Shown: positions 47,479 through 56,450 of the stretch, one piece after another | Position numbering within the stretch: the first letter of the stretch is position 1 | Layout of the letters: every line of letters starts with the position of its first letter | DNA from: Candidatus Latescibacterota bacterium | GTDB lineage: Bacteria > Latescibacterota > UBA2968 > UBA8231 | Length of the DNA: 64,000 nt | Assembly: GCA_965248265.1 (NCBI GenBank) | Contig: CBDFJF010000002.1 | Coordinates: 3,328,001-3,392,000, forward strand | Direction of reading: 5' to 3' | The notes under the pieces: generated by a model | Database searches by the model: none | What the model saw: only the letters and a program-made list of their open reading frames with translations | Told to the model about the DNA's origin: nothing | Program-made: the position numbers and the translations under genes

Positions 47479-48518
47479 GCGCTTCGCCTACCGGGTCCGC
47501 TGCCGGACTTCGTTACGGTGTTGCGGCCTGCCAGGTCGATCAGGCCAATCCCAAAGAGCGCGCGGAGATTACAGGCAACACGGCACGTATGTTGGAGATG
47601 ATCGACATGGCCGTGGAGGGCTACGCTCCCTTTCACGAGATCAAGCTCCTGGTTTTCCCCGAGTTCGGCCACGCGGCACCGATTTACTCGACAGCCAAGG
47701 GGTTGCTGGCCAAGTTGACGCTGCCGATCCCCAACGAGCACACGGCCAAGTATGAGACCAAGGCCAGGGAACACGGTGTCTACATCCAGACCGCCAGTTT
47801 CCTGGAAGAGGACCCTCGCTGGCCCGGGAACGTCTTCAACACAACCTGCCTGATCGGACCCGAGGGGATCCTGTTCAAGTACCGGAAGGTAAATCCATGG
47901 ATCCCCTGGGAAGTCCACACCAGTCCCCATGATCTGGATGGGTACGACGACGAACTCTTCCCGGTAGCCAGAACCCCGATAGGAAATATCGGCGCCGCGA
48001 TATGCTACGACTGGCTCTTTCCAGAGTCTCTGCGTCAGTTGACCGCCAACGGAGCGGAGATCCTGGTCCGAGTCTCCGCCTACATGGATCCTTGGGGAGC
48101 AACCCCGCCGATGGATTGGTGGACGATGGTAAATCGTTGTCGGGCAATGGAAAACACTGCCTATGTGGTAGGTGCCAATCAGGGCGCATCACTGGCTAAT
48201 TACGCCCCATTCTCGTGGCCGGGAGGCAGCATGATCGTCGACTACGAGGGCCGTATCCTGGCCCAGGCAGACCCAGGTCCCGGCGAGAAAATAGTCGTCA
48301 CCACCATCGATGTCGGTGGTCTCCGGCACGAGCGTCGACAACGACTTGGGCACCTGGCTCTGGCTCATCTGAGGACCGAGGCTTATCCGTTGTACAGGCA
48401 GCCGTTTTTTCCTCAGGGCCGGTACAGCGAGCCCTCGAACCACACGTATGACCACAATGTTGAGGCGATTGCTGACGTCAAGGAACGTCTCTCGCTTGAG
48501 CAACCCGATTCTGATTAA
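47475..48518 (+). CDS. nitrilase-superfamily amidase (formamidase-like)
   Basis: VFPEF, KYRKVNPWIPWE, ICYD; ATG overlaps the xdhC stop. Confidence 0.85.
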   Translation: MSASPTGSAAGLRYGVAACQVDQANPKERAEITGNTARMLEMIDMAVEGYAPFHEIKLLVFPEFGHAAPIYSTAKGLLAKLTLPIPNEHTAKYETKAREHGVYIQTASFLEEDPRWPGNVFNTTCLIGPEGILFKYRKVNPWIPWEVHTSPHDLDGYDDELFPVARTPIGNIGAAICYDWLFPESLRQLTANGAEILVRVSAYMDPWGATPPMDWWTMVNRCRAMENTAYVVGANQGASLANYAPFSWPGGSMIVDYEGRILAQADPGPGEKIVVTTIDVGGLRHERRQRLGHLALAHLRTEAYPLYRQPFFPQGRYSEPSNHTYDHNVEAIADVKERLSLEQPDSD

Positions 48519-48616
48519 ACGGTTTTGCGATTCTGTGGTCTAAAGGGGTAAGCGACGCAGAATGTCGCTCAGCGACACAGATCGTCGCGTGACGACTACC
48601 GAACCACAGGATTTCG

Positions 48617-49219
48617 ATGGAGACTGCGATCGCAGCCCCGACGCGACACAACGAGCAGACGGACGCTGAACTGGTAGAGCTCTTCAAGTCCGGATTCGAG
48701 GAAGCCTTCGACGCCATCGTGGTCCGCTATCAGGATCGCATCTACCAGTTCGCCTGCCGGCTGGTCGCAGATCCGGAGGAAGCCAGTGATGTTGCGCAGG
48801 ATGCATTCGTGCGGGCCTACGACAAACTGCGGGGATTCCGCAGCGACTCCGGCCTGTACACCTGGCTCTATAAAATCACCTTGAATATTGGTCTTAATGT
48901 GTTGCGCAAGAGAAAGTTACGTACCTTCATAAGACTCTCTGAACCGTCGGCCCCCCAGCTCTCTATCAGTGCAAGCCAGGAGGAGGACCTGACCAAGGCC
49001 GAGTTGCGGAATCAGATCGAGGAGGCCATCGCGGATCTGCCACCGAAGCAGCGGGCTATTTTCGTGCTGCGTCAATACGATGAGCTGTCTCATCGAGAGA
49101 TCGCCGGCGTCGTGGGGTCCTCCGAGGGGGCGGTTCGGGCAGGTTATTTTCACGCAGTCCGCAAGCTGCAATCGTCATTGGAGGATCTCGCTTTGGAAAG
49201 GGTAGGGTCAAAGAAATGA
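48617..49219 (+). CDS. ECF sigma-70 factor
   Basis: DVAQDAFVRAY, TWLYKI, LP..QRAIF.LR....LSH.EIA. Confidence 0.92.
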   Translation: METAIAAPTRHNEQTDAELVELFKSGFEEAFDAIVVRYQDRIYQFACRLVADPEEASDVAQDAFVRAYDKLRGFRSDSGLYTWLYKITLNIGLNVLRKRKLRTFIRLSEPSAPQLSISASQEEDLTKAELRNQIEEAIADLPPKQRAIFVLRQYDELSHREIAGVVGSSEGAVRAGYFHAVRKLQSSLEDLALERVGSKK

Positions 49220-49788
49220 AATCCACCAGATCGAACTGTGACCGTGAGGCCTTGATCAGTTGGCTGGACGAGTCATTGACTCAGGAGGCGAGTTCGCGAC
49301 TGCGCGATCACCTGACAACGTGCGATGCCTGCAAGACTGAGCTGGAGTCGCTGGAGTCAACACTGGAGTTGGCGCGAAGTGCCTGCCAGCCGCTGGAAAT
49401 GGGACCCTTCGAAGCCCGCGCCTTCGTGCACAAAGTCAGGGGCAGGATCGCGGCCAGACAGCATGGGGTATGGAGGAAGCTGTTTTCTCCGGCACTGGGT
49501 GGTGGCTTTGTCAGCGGCGCCGTTGTCGGTGCGCTGGCTCTGTTCGTCGCTCTCGGGCCTGTGTCCGAGCCGGGTTTTGGTAACCAGGCACCGGCCGGGG
49601 TGGTGCTCGAACAAGCTGCTGAATCCGCAGTTGACGATGTGGATGAGGTAGACGGGGCGGAGGAGGAGGAGCTGGCGGGAGCGATCGATGATTACCTGCT
49701 GGATACCGCTTCTGAACAGGAGTTGTTCTCCGAGATGGAGTCGCTGATCGGCGAAGAGGATCTGCTGGCACTGCTGGAGGAATACTGA
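49216..49788 (+). CDS. zinc-binding anti-sigma factor (zf-HC2) with TM helix
   Basis: HLTTCDAC (HxxxCxxC); single TM; overlaps the sigma stop. Confidence 0.85.
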   Translation: MKSTRSNCDREALISWLDESLTQEASSRLRDHLTTCDACKTELESLESTLELARSACQPLEMGPFEARAFVHKVRGRIAARQHGVWRKLFSPALGGGFVSGAVVGALALFVALGPVSEPGFGNQAPAGVVLEQAAESAVDDVDEVDGAEEEELAGAIDDYLLDTASEQELFSEMESLIGEEDLLALLEEY

Positions 49789-49794
49789 GAGGAG

Positions 49795-50304
49795 TTGATT
49801 GTGCGTACGACGATACTTACATCCATTTGCATTATCCTCATCGCGGTAGCCGCAGGCGGCCAGGGCATGTCAGCGGAACGCGTCGAGATGCTCAAGCTGT
49901 GGCGGATCATTGACGAGCTCGAAATCGAGGAGCAACAGGCGGCTGAATTGTTTCCTTACTGGAGCAAGAATCAGCGTGACAAACGCGGTCTTGGTGATGA
50001 GCGGCGGAAGGCCACGCGCGCACTGCACCAGTTACTACAATCCGAGGGTACTGAAGACGGCGAACTTGAAAAGCAGATCGGGATGATTCAGGCGATCGAC
50101 AAGCAAATGTTCGAGCTGAACAAGGCGTTTCGTGACGGACTGAAGAAGCGCCTGAATGCGCGGCAACGCGCTCGTCTGATGGTTTTCGAGGAACGCTTCA
50201 GGGGTGACCTCCGCGACATGGTCAGAGGTTTTCGCCGCATGCACCACGGTCGTGAGGGTACACGGCGAGGAGGTGGCGGTGGCTGGGGAGAGCTTGACGA
50301 ATAA
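49795..50304 (+). CDS. periplasmic helical protein (Spy/CpxP-like)
   Basis: Signal peptide; EEQQ and LNARQRAR LTxxQ-like motifs; follows the ECF/anti-sigma pair. Confidence 0.7.
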   Translation: MIVRTTILTSICIILIAVAAGGQGMSAERVEMLKLWRIIDELEIEEQQAAELFPYWSKNQRDKRGLGDERRKATRALHQLLQSEGTEDGELEKQIGMIQAIDKQMFELNKAFRDGLKKRLNARQRARLMVFEERFRGDLRDMVRGFRRMHHGREGTRRGGGGGWGELDE

Positions 50305-50321
50305 GATCTGGATATGATGGC

Positions 50322-51032
50322 TTGAAGCGTTATTCCGACGAACAGATAAGAAAGACCCTTTGCAAGTACGAGACACAGGAGACCTGTGTTGAGTTGTCAC
50401 AGGCAGAGAGCAGGCAGGCGAGAATACTTGGGACCGAGGACGCCTACGCCCTCCTTGATCGACTGATAGAGCAGGAGCGATCTCAGCCCCTGCGACGGCC
50501 CCGATTTCCCTACTGGGCTGAGATATGGCCCGCATCACTGGGCTTGTCACGCTACTTCATCGAGAATGAAACTCCGGAACCCAGACACATAGTCAAGGAG
50601 CTGGGCTGTGGTCTGGGTCTGGTCGGTATCGCGCTTGCCCAGCTTGGGCGACGGGTGGAGGCAACCGATTTCGTCGAGGATGCACTGGTTTTTGCTTCCC
50701 ATAACGCACTCGAGAATGGGATTTCGACCCTCCACCGGGTGTCCTATTTGGATTGGAGCCATCCTGTAGGTCGCGAAACTGACTGTATGGTCGGGGCGGA
50801 TATCGCCTACGAGACGCGCAATCACCCTTATCTGATGAGGGTCATACGCAAGCTGCTGCTTCCCGGTGGCTACCTCTACCTGGGTGACCCAAGACGTCCC
50901 GCAGCAAAGCCCCTGATTGCCGTTCTTCGTGAACAGGGCTTCTCCCATGACCTCACCACGCTTCCCGTCACCTGGAAAGCGCTCGATCACGAGGTCGACA
51001 TTCACATCCTGCAAAAGCCGGAACGCCGCTAG
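50322..51032 (+). CDS. class I SAM-dependent methyltransferase (protein-lysine methyltransferase-like)
   Basis: PYWAEIWP, ELGCGLGL, ATD, LDW, GADIAYE, DP.R. Confidence 0.85.
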   Translation: MKRYSDEQIRKTLCKYETQETCVELSQAESRQARILGTEDAYALLDRLIEQERSQPLRRPRFPYWAEIWPASLGLSRYFIENETPEPRHIVKELGCGLGLVGIALAQLGRRVEATDFVEDALVFASHNALENGISTLHRVSYLDWSHPVGRETDCMVGADIAYETRNHPYLMRVIRKLLLPGGYLYLGDPRRPAAKPLIAVLREQGFSHDLTTLPVTWKALDHEVDIHILQKPERR

Positions 51033-52190
51033 TGCTCTGTTAAGAAATCGAGCTTGTACTTTGTCGTAAGTCGTGGTATCATGGATACATATGGTGAATC
51101 CGTCAGGAGGGTGATGCTATGTGTCTCCATGCTCGTTCGCCGAACGCGGCGGAGTCTAAGGAACTGGGACGGTGGCTGAAACGGCCTCGCAACGCCGTGC
51201 AGATGCGCCGTGGGCAGTTGATCTCGTTCAGCGCCCAGGGCATGCGCGTCCAGGAGATCTCGGATACACTGCATCTGCATGAGGAGTACGTTCGCCAGTT
51301 GATCCGCCAGTACAACGAAGGGGGATTGACGGTTTTGCGCACTCGGGCACGTCCGGGGCGTCCTTCGAAGTTGACGCCGGAGGACGAATCCGTGGTGGTG
51401 GAAATTGCCACGATGCCCCCCCGTGCATTCGGCCAGCCGTTCAACCAGTGGTCGTTGCGCAAGCTGACCGACTGCCTGGTGGGACGGCAGATGATTCCCG
51501 AGGTTTCGCATGTGACCATCGGAAAAATCCTGGATCAACATAAGGTTACCTATCAACGGACGCGCACCTGGAAAGAATCAAAGGACCCGGAGTTTGTCTC
51601 TAAAAAAAACGCATCAACCGACTCTACAAGCGGGCGCCGAAAGACACGGTCGTAGTCTGTTTCGACGAACTGGGACCAGTCCAGATCAAGCCGCATGCCG
51701 GTGCTTCCTGGGCCCCACACAAGCGCCCGGTCCGGCATCGGGCAACCTATAGCCGCCACGGCGGCGTCAGCTATTTCTTCGGAGCCTATAACGTCCATGA
51801 GGACATCCTGTGGATGCATCACAAACCCAAGAAACACGCGTCGGTCGTACTCGATTTCCTCAAGACCATTCGGCTCCGCTATCGCACGGCGGAGCGGATC
51901 TATGTCGTCATGGATAATCTGTCGACGCACAAGACACCGCCGATCCTGCAGTGGTGCCAACGAAACCAAGTCTCTCCAGTCTTCACCGCCACCAACGCGT
52001 CATGGATGAATCGGCTCGAATGTCACCTCACCGCAGCCCATTATTTCGTCATTAAAAACAGCGATCCCAACGATCATCGAGAAGTCGGCCAGCGCATGCA
52101 GGAGTACCTGAGGTGGCGAAACAAGAACACCGACAACGCCAAGCTGGCCAAAGTCCAAAACTCAATGCCCACTCTTTAACAGAGCACTAG
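51029..52190 (+). mobile_element. IS630-family insertion sequence
   Basis: Ends CTAGTGCTCTGTTAA / TTAACAGAGCACTAG (15-bp perfect inverted repeat including the CTAG/TA target) enclosing the transposase. Confidence 0.92.
51119..52179 (+). CDS. IS630 transposase, two ORFs joined by a -1 frameshift at the A8 run (51602-51609)
   Basis: OrfA HTH with RPGRPSKL and WSLRKL; the -1 frame gives KRINRLY...FDELGP, VMDNLSTHK and WMNRLE (DDE triad). Confidence 0.9.
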
Positions 52191-52194
52191 CGGG

Positions 52195-53136
52195 TCAGCC
52201 CAGAAGGGTGTTCAGGTGCGTCGCGGCGGCGGCGGCTGTCGCCTGATGGTCGTACCCGCCCTCCAGGACAGAAACCAGGCGTCCCTGACAGTGCTCCCGC
52301 GCAAGCTGCACGACGATCTCCGTCATTCGTTCGAAGCCCTGCTCACTCAAGCGGATGCTGCTGAGTGGATCCCGTGCATGGGCATCGAATCCGGCTGATA
52401 TCAGGATGAACTCCGGACCGAAGGCCTCGATAGCCGGCCGTAGTTCACGGACAAAAACCTGCTCGTAATCGGCATCGCCGTACCCGGAAGGTACCGGGAC
52501 ATTCAGTGTCTGCCCCTGTCCAGTCCCGATGCCTCGCTCCTCCCGCAATCCGGTGCCGGGGTAGAGGGGGTGTTCGTGGACGCTGAAGAAGAACACGCTC
52601 GGGTCCTCCTCGAAGCAGTGCTGTGTCCCGTTGCCGTGGTGGACATCCCAGTCGATGATGGCGACGCGTTCCAACCCGTGTCGCTGCTGCAGATGACGGG
52701 CTGCGATGGCCACGTGGTTGAAGTAGCAAAACCCCATGCACTGTTCGTACTCGGCGTGATGTCCAGGCGGACGGTGGACGCAGAACGCGTGGGCAACCCG
52801 GCCAGTCATGACTTCGTCAACCGCCAGTAGCGTCCCTCCTGTGGCGTGTATGGCAGCCTCGAAGGTCCTCGGTGAGACCATGGTATCCGCGGTGATGGCG
52901 ATGGGCTGGCCAGCACCCGACCATGACTTGACCGAAGCCACGTGCTGGGGACTGTGCACGGTGGTGAGGTCACGTTCTTGTGCTGCCTTAGGAGTCAAGG
53001 CCACGAGTCCGTCGTGGCTGGGTCCTGATTCGACCGCGTTGAGAATGGAAACCAGACGCTCGGGGCATTCGGGGTGCGACGGACCGGAATCATGTTCGAG
53101 AGAAACTGGATGATAAATAAGGGCGGTCTTACCCAT
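52195..53136 (-). CDS. histone deacetylase family amidohydrolase
   Basis: [38 protein letters not shown]. Confidence 0.93.
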   Translation of the reverse strand: MGKTALIYHPVSLEHDSGPSHPECPERLVSILNAVESGPSHDGLVALTPKAAQERDLTTVHSPQHVASVKSWSGAGQPIAITADTMVSPRTFEAAIHATGGTLLAVDEVMTGRVAHAFCVHRPPGHHAEYEQCMGFCYFNHVAIAARHLQQRHGLERVAIIDWDVHHGNGTQHCFEEDPSVFFFSVHEHPLYPGTGLREERGIGTGQGQTLNVPVPSGYGDADYEQVFVRELRPAIEAFGPEFILISAGFDAHARDPLSSIRLSEQGFERMTEIVVQLAREHCQGRLVSVLEGGYDHQATAAAAATHLNTLLG

Positions 53137-53593
53137 ACGAGTTGATTTCGGCTATGGCCCGTTTTCCCAGGATTCTGATGTCCTCGGCGATCTCGTCGGT
53201 CTCCAAGTCACCAGCTCGAAACCAACGGTAGTCGGTTGCTTCTGCCTCGGCGATGCGAACTCCGGAGTGGGGCGACTTGCAGCGCGCAAAGTAGACGAGG
53301 TCGATGTGTTGATGTTTGGGCGATATGTCCTCGAGAAGGATGCAGTGCGGTTGATGAAGTACGCGGACATCTCCCCACATACCCGAATGTCCTTCCAGGT
53401 CGACCTCGAGACCGGTTTCCTCTCGAACCTCACGTGCAGCGGCATCATCGGGCAGCTCGTGCGGATCGATATGTCCCCCGGGAGGCAGCCAGGCCTGCAT
53501 TTTCTTGTGCCACAACAGCAGGGTCCTGTCGCCGTCGACGACGAAGGTCGTTGCCGTGAAGTCGCGGGTAAGTTCGTCGGCAGGGGTGTCCAT
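53129..53593 (-). CDS. NUDIX hydrolase
   Basis: [10 protein letters not shown]....[11 protein letters not shown]; HQHIDLVY. Confidence 0.92.
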   Translation of the reverse strand: MDTPADELTRDFTATTFVVDGDRTLLLWHKKMQAWLPPGGHIDPHELPDDAAAREVREETGLEVDLEGHSGMWGDVRVLHQPHCILLEDISPKHQHIDLVYFARCKSPHSGVRIAEAEATDYRWFRAGDLETDEIAEDIRILGKRAIAEINSYG

Positions 53594-53822
53594 AATTCGT
53601 TGTGGCAGAATGTGTTGAGGTTAGCTATTCGAAGGGGTTATCATTTCAGCTGGGTTTTCAAGTCGGAAATCTCACCATATTCAGAAAGCTAGTCCAAATC
53701 TATCGACGGATTCTGCCGATAGAGTGGATGGAGTGCGCAGGGTACGGCGTGTGAAGAACATGCGAAACCGTGCACTGCACAGTGTATGCAGAAGGCTGTA
53801 TCCTCCAAGCTGTCCATAATCC

Positions 53823-53852
53823 TTGACAGTGCCAGCTTCCCAAGACTATACT
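53823..53852 (+). promoter_or_regulatory. sigma70 promoter
   Basis: TTGACA-18-TATACT. Confidence 0.6.
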
Positions 53853-53915
53853 AAGTCCTTGCATAACAGCAAGGTAGGGTTAGTTGGACGAGGCCGGCCA
53901 CGGCGGGAAACGGAA

Positions 53916-54953
53916 ATGACTGCGCAGCCCAAATTTCAGAACACGTCTGTTTCTGACGTCATCGTCCTCGACAGCCAAGCTCCGGAGACCATCATCTGGC
54001 CTGTTGCAGGTGGGAAAGGCGGGACCGGAAAGTCGACCCTCACCGCCAACATCGGCGTCGGTCTTTCCATGTTGGGATACAAAGTTATCCTGGTGGATGG
54101 TGATTTGGGCGGGGCCGACTTGCACTTGTTTTTCGACCAGATCGCACCCGCCCGCAGCCTCAGCAGTTTTCTCTCGAAAGAGGTCGCCTCGCTGAACGAA
54201 GTCCTGCTGCCGACTCCCAATGAAAACCTGCGTATTGCCTGTGGTGGTAATGAGTTGGTGGGGATGGCCAACCTCTCTTACTCCGCCAAAGCCAAGCTGA
54301 TGCGCCACATTCGCACCCTGGACGCAGATTATGTGCTGATCGATCTCGGCGCTGGATCTTCCTACAACACCCTCGATTTCTTCACGCTATCAGAGAACGG
54401 TATCATCGTCTCGACGCCTGAACCCCATGCACGGGTGGATGCGTACGGATTCATCAAGAACAGCGTCTACCGGAAGCTGCGCCGGCATTTCAACAAGAAT
54501 GAAGAGATCACGAATGAGATCACCGCCTTCGCTCGCAAGGACGGCCGCAAATCCGGGCGGGTCTCTGATCTCATCAAGCGGTTGGCCGCCGTCGATGCCC
54601 TGTCAGCGACGGAGGCGTACGACCTGTTGCAGGCCTACCGTCCCAAGTTGATCATGAACCGGGTGCGCAACCGCAGGCACATTGAGGAAGCGCACCGATT
54701 CGTCAGCCTGGTTGAAGACTATCTGTCTATCCGCCTGGAGTACGTCGGGTATGTGCGCAACGACGACAAGATTCTTGATGCGTGTGAACGTCGCAAGCCG
54801 ATCCTGTTGCACGCGCCGAAGGCCTCGTCCTCGACTGACCTCTACAATGTGCTGATGAGCGGTTTGCATGTACCCGACCGTTTGCACCGGCTAACTGCCC
54901 GCCAGGCTCGCAAGCTGTCGCAGGTGGCCAAGGCCGAAGCCAAGTTCTGGTAG
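53916..54953 (+). CDS. MinD/FlhG(FleN)-like P-loop ATPase
   Basis: Deviant Walker A GGKGGTGKS, VDGDLGG, LIDLGAG, TPEP, AYGFIK. Confidence 0.85.
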   Translation: MTAQPKFQNTSVSDVIVLDSQAPETIIWPVAGGKGGTGKSTLTANIGVGLSMLGYKVILVDGDLGGADLHLFFDQIAPARSLSSFLSKEVASLNEVLLPTPNENLRIACGGNELVGMANLSYSAKAKLMRHIRTLDADYVLIDLGAGSSYNTLDFFTLSENGIIVSTPEPHARVDAYGFIKNSVYRKLRRHFNKNEEITNEITAFARKDGRKSGRVSDLIKRLAAVDALSATEAYDLLQAYRPKLIMNRVRNRRHIEEAHRFVSLVEDYLSIRLEYVGYVRNDDKILDACERRKPILLHAPKASSSTDLYNVLMSGLHVPDRLHRLTARQARKLSQVAKAEAKFW

Positions 54954-55059
54954 GTGGCTGTCTCCAGCTGATGAGCAATTTCGTCCCCAACCCGCCCACG
55001 AATGCTGGGATGGGGGATGGGCGGGATGAATCTCTCTCCTCCTCTCTGCGCAATACTCG

Positions 55060-56139
55060 ATGAATAGCACCTCTTGGACCAAGGGCTCGCTACTCGAGCG
55101 CCTGGCGGTAAAACGCCTCGCCGGGGCCGGCGACGGCCCGTCGAAGGTTTTCGACGTATTTGGCGAATTGCACCGGGTCCGTAAGATCTTGATTCTTCCC
55201 AGCGACAGGGTAGGGGGACTGTTCCTTGGCGCGCCTGTGTACAAAGCGGTGCGCCAAAAGTATGAGAGTTCCTCCATAAGTCTGTTCTCCGATCAGCGCA
55301 TGGCCGGGGTTGCACGCTACATACCTTTCGTGGACGAAGTCATCTCCGGCGATTTGAGGCAACCGACCTGGCGCAACGCTTTTTCCGGGACCGTGGATCG
55401 GCTGAGGCGCGAGCAATTTGACCTGGCGCTGTGCCTTGGGACCGACTGCAGCTTTCGTCTGGCCCAGGTGTGTGGAGCGAGTGGTGCCCGCCTGCGGGTT
55501 GGGTTCAAACGAGATGACAACACGGCACAGCCCTTCAACATCGAACTTGTGCGCACGTCGTCCGACACCTACGAAGTGGATCAGTACGCGGGTCTGCTTC
55601 GATTGCTGGGTATACCTGGCGGCGATGAGGTGCGCTGGACGATTTCTGCGGAGAAAGCGCAGCAGGTCCGGGACCGCTATCTGGATGGGGAATTTGCCGG
55701 CCGCCAGGTCGTCGCGGTTGATCTTGGGAAGGGTGAGCGGCATGGCATGTCCAGTCGGCAGATGGAAGACGTGGTCGGCAGGGTTATCGAGCGTCGCGGA
55801 CGCGCCGTCGTTTTCTTTTCGCTCGCGGAGAAAAAGCAGGTCAACTATCTTAAAAGGACGTACGGGAATCGGATACTTGCCTTCGACCAACAGGATCTAG
55901 CTGCTGTCGCGGCTCTTCTCGAAGGATGCCGAGCTCTGATCTCGTGCAACACCGATCTGCTTCACCTGGCGATCTCCTTGCACATCCCTGCCGTCGGGAT
56001 CATTGATGACAATCCACGACGCTGGATATCCACCCGAAACCCGCTGGTAAAAGTAGTCGCCACCAGGGACATGCGGGCATTGCGGATTGCCGAGGTTGTT
56101 GAAGCACTCGAGGCCGCCCTCAAAGAAGAGTCTGCGTGA
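55060..56139 (+). CDS. glycosyltransferase family 9 (heptosyltransferase-like), divergent
   Basis: KILI...DRVG, PFVDEVI, LRREQFDLAL, GARLRVGF, AALLE.C..LIS.NTDLLHLA. Confidence 0.75.
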   Translation: MNSTSWTKGSLLERLAVKRLAGAGDGPSKVFDVFGELHRVRKILILPSDRVGGLFLGAPVYKAVRQKYESSSISLFSDQRMAGVARYIPFVDEVISGDLRQPTWRNAFSGTVDRLRREQFDLALCLGTDCSFRLAQVCGASGARLRVGFKRDDNTAQPFNIELVRTSSDTYEVDQYAGLLRLLGIPGGDEVRWTISAEKAQQVRDRYLDGEFAGRQVVAVDLGKGERHGMSSRQMEDVVGRVIERRGRAVVFFSLAEKKQVNYLKRTYGNRILAFDQQDLAAVAALLEGCRALISCNTDLLHLAISLHIPAVGIIDDNPRRWISTRNPLVKVVATRDMRALRIAEVVEALEAALKEESA

Positions 56140-56164
56140 GAGAGATGAGACAGGAGTTATCTGC

Positions 56165-56356
56165 ATGCAAGAGATGATAGAACCCGATCGCACGATCATG
56201 ATCGTTTCGATCATCGGTCTGGTGATAATCTGGGGAAGTGTGGCCTATCGAAAGTTCGCTCAAAAGGGAGGCACTCCAGCCCTGAAGAGCGCCAAGTCTG
56301 GCACACCATCCGACGATTCCACGGGCGCTCCAGCAGAAGGGTTGCCCGGGAAATAG
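56165..56356 (+). CDS. small single-pass membrane protein
   Basis: AGGAG RBS; hydrophobic helix IMIVSIIGLVIIWGSVAY then a polar tail. Confidence 0.5.
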   Translation: MQEMIEPDRTIMIVSIIGLVIIWGSVAYRKFAQKGGTPALKSAKSGTPSDDSTGAPAEGLPGK

Positions 56357-56450
56357 CAAAGCGCCAAGAGCACCGTGTGGCGCAAGAATCGATGACCAGC
56401 TTCGGGGGGAAGGCACTGTGCCCGAAGTGAAGAGAGAGGATTGTTAGAGA

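Noticed and set aside
48617-50304. ECF sigma / anti-sigma / periplasmic protein as a novel system
   Set aside because: This is a common envelope-stress arrangement with nothing atypical visible.
50322-53136. Methyltransferase plus deacetylase as a paired protein-modification system
   Set aside because: The genes are convergent, belong to separate operons and are both widespread; there is no evidence of functional linkage.
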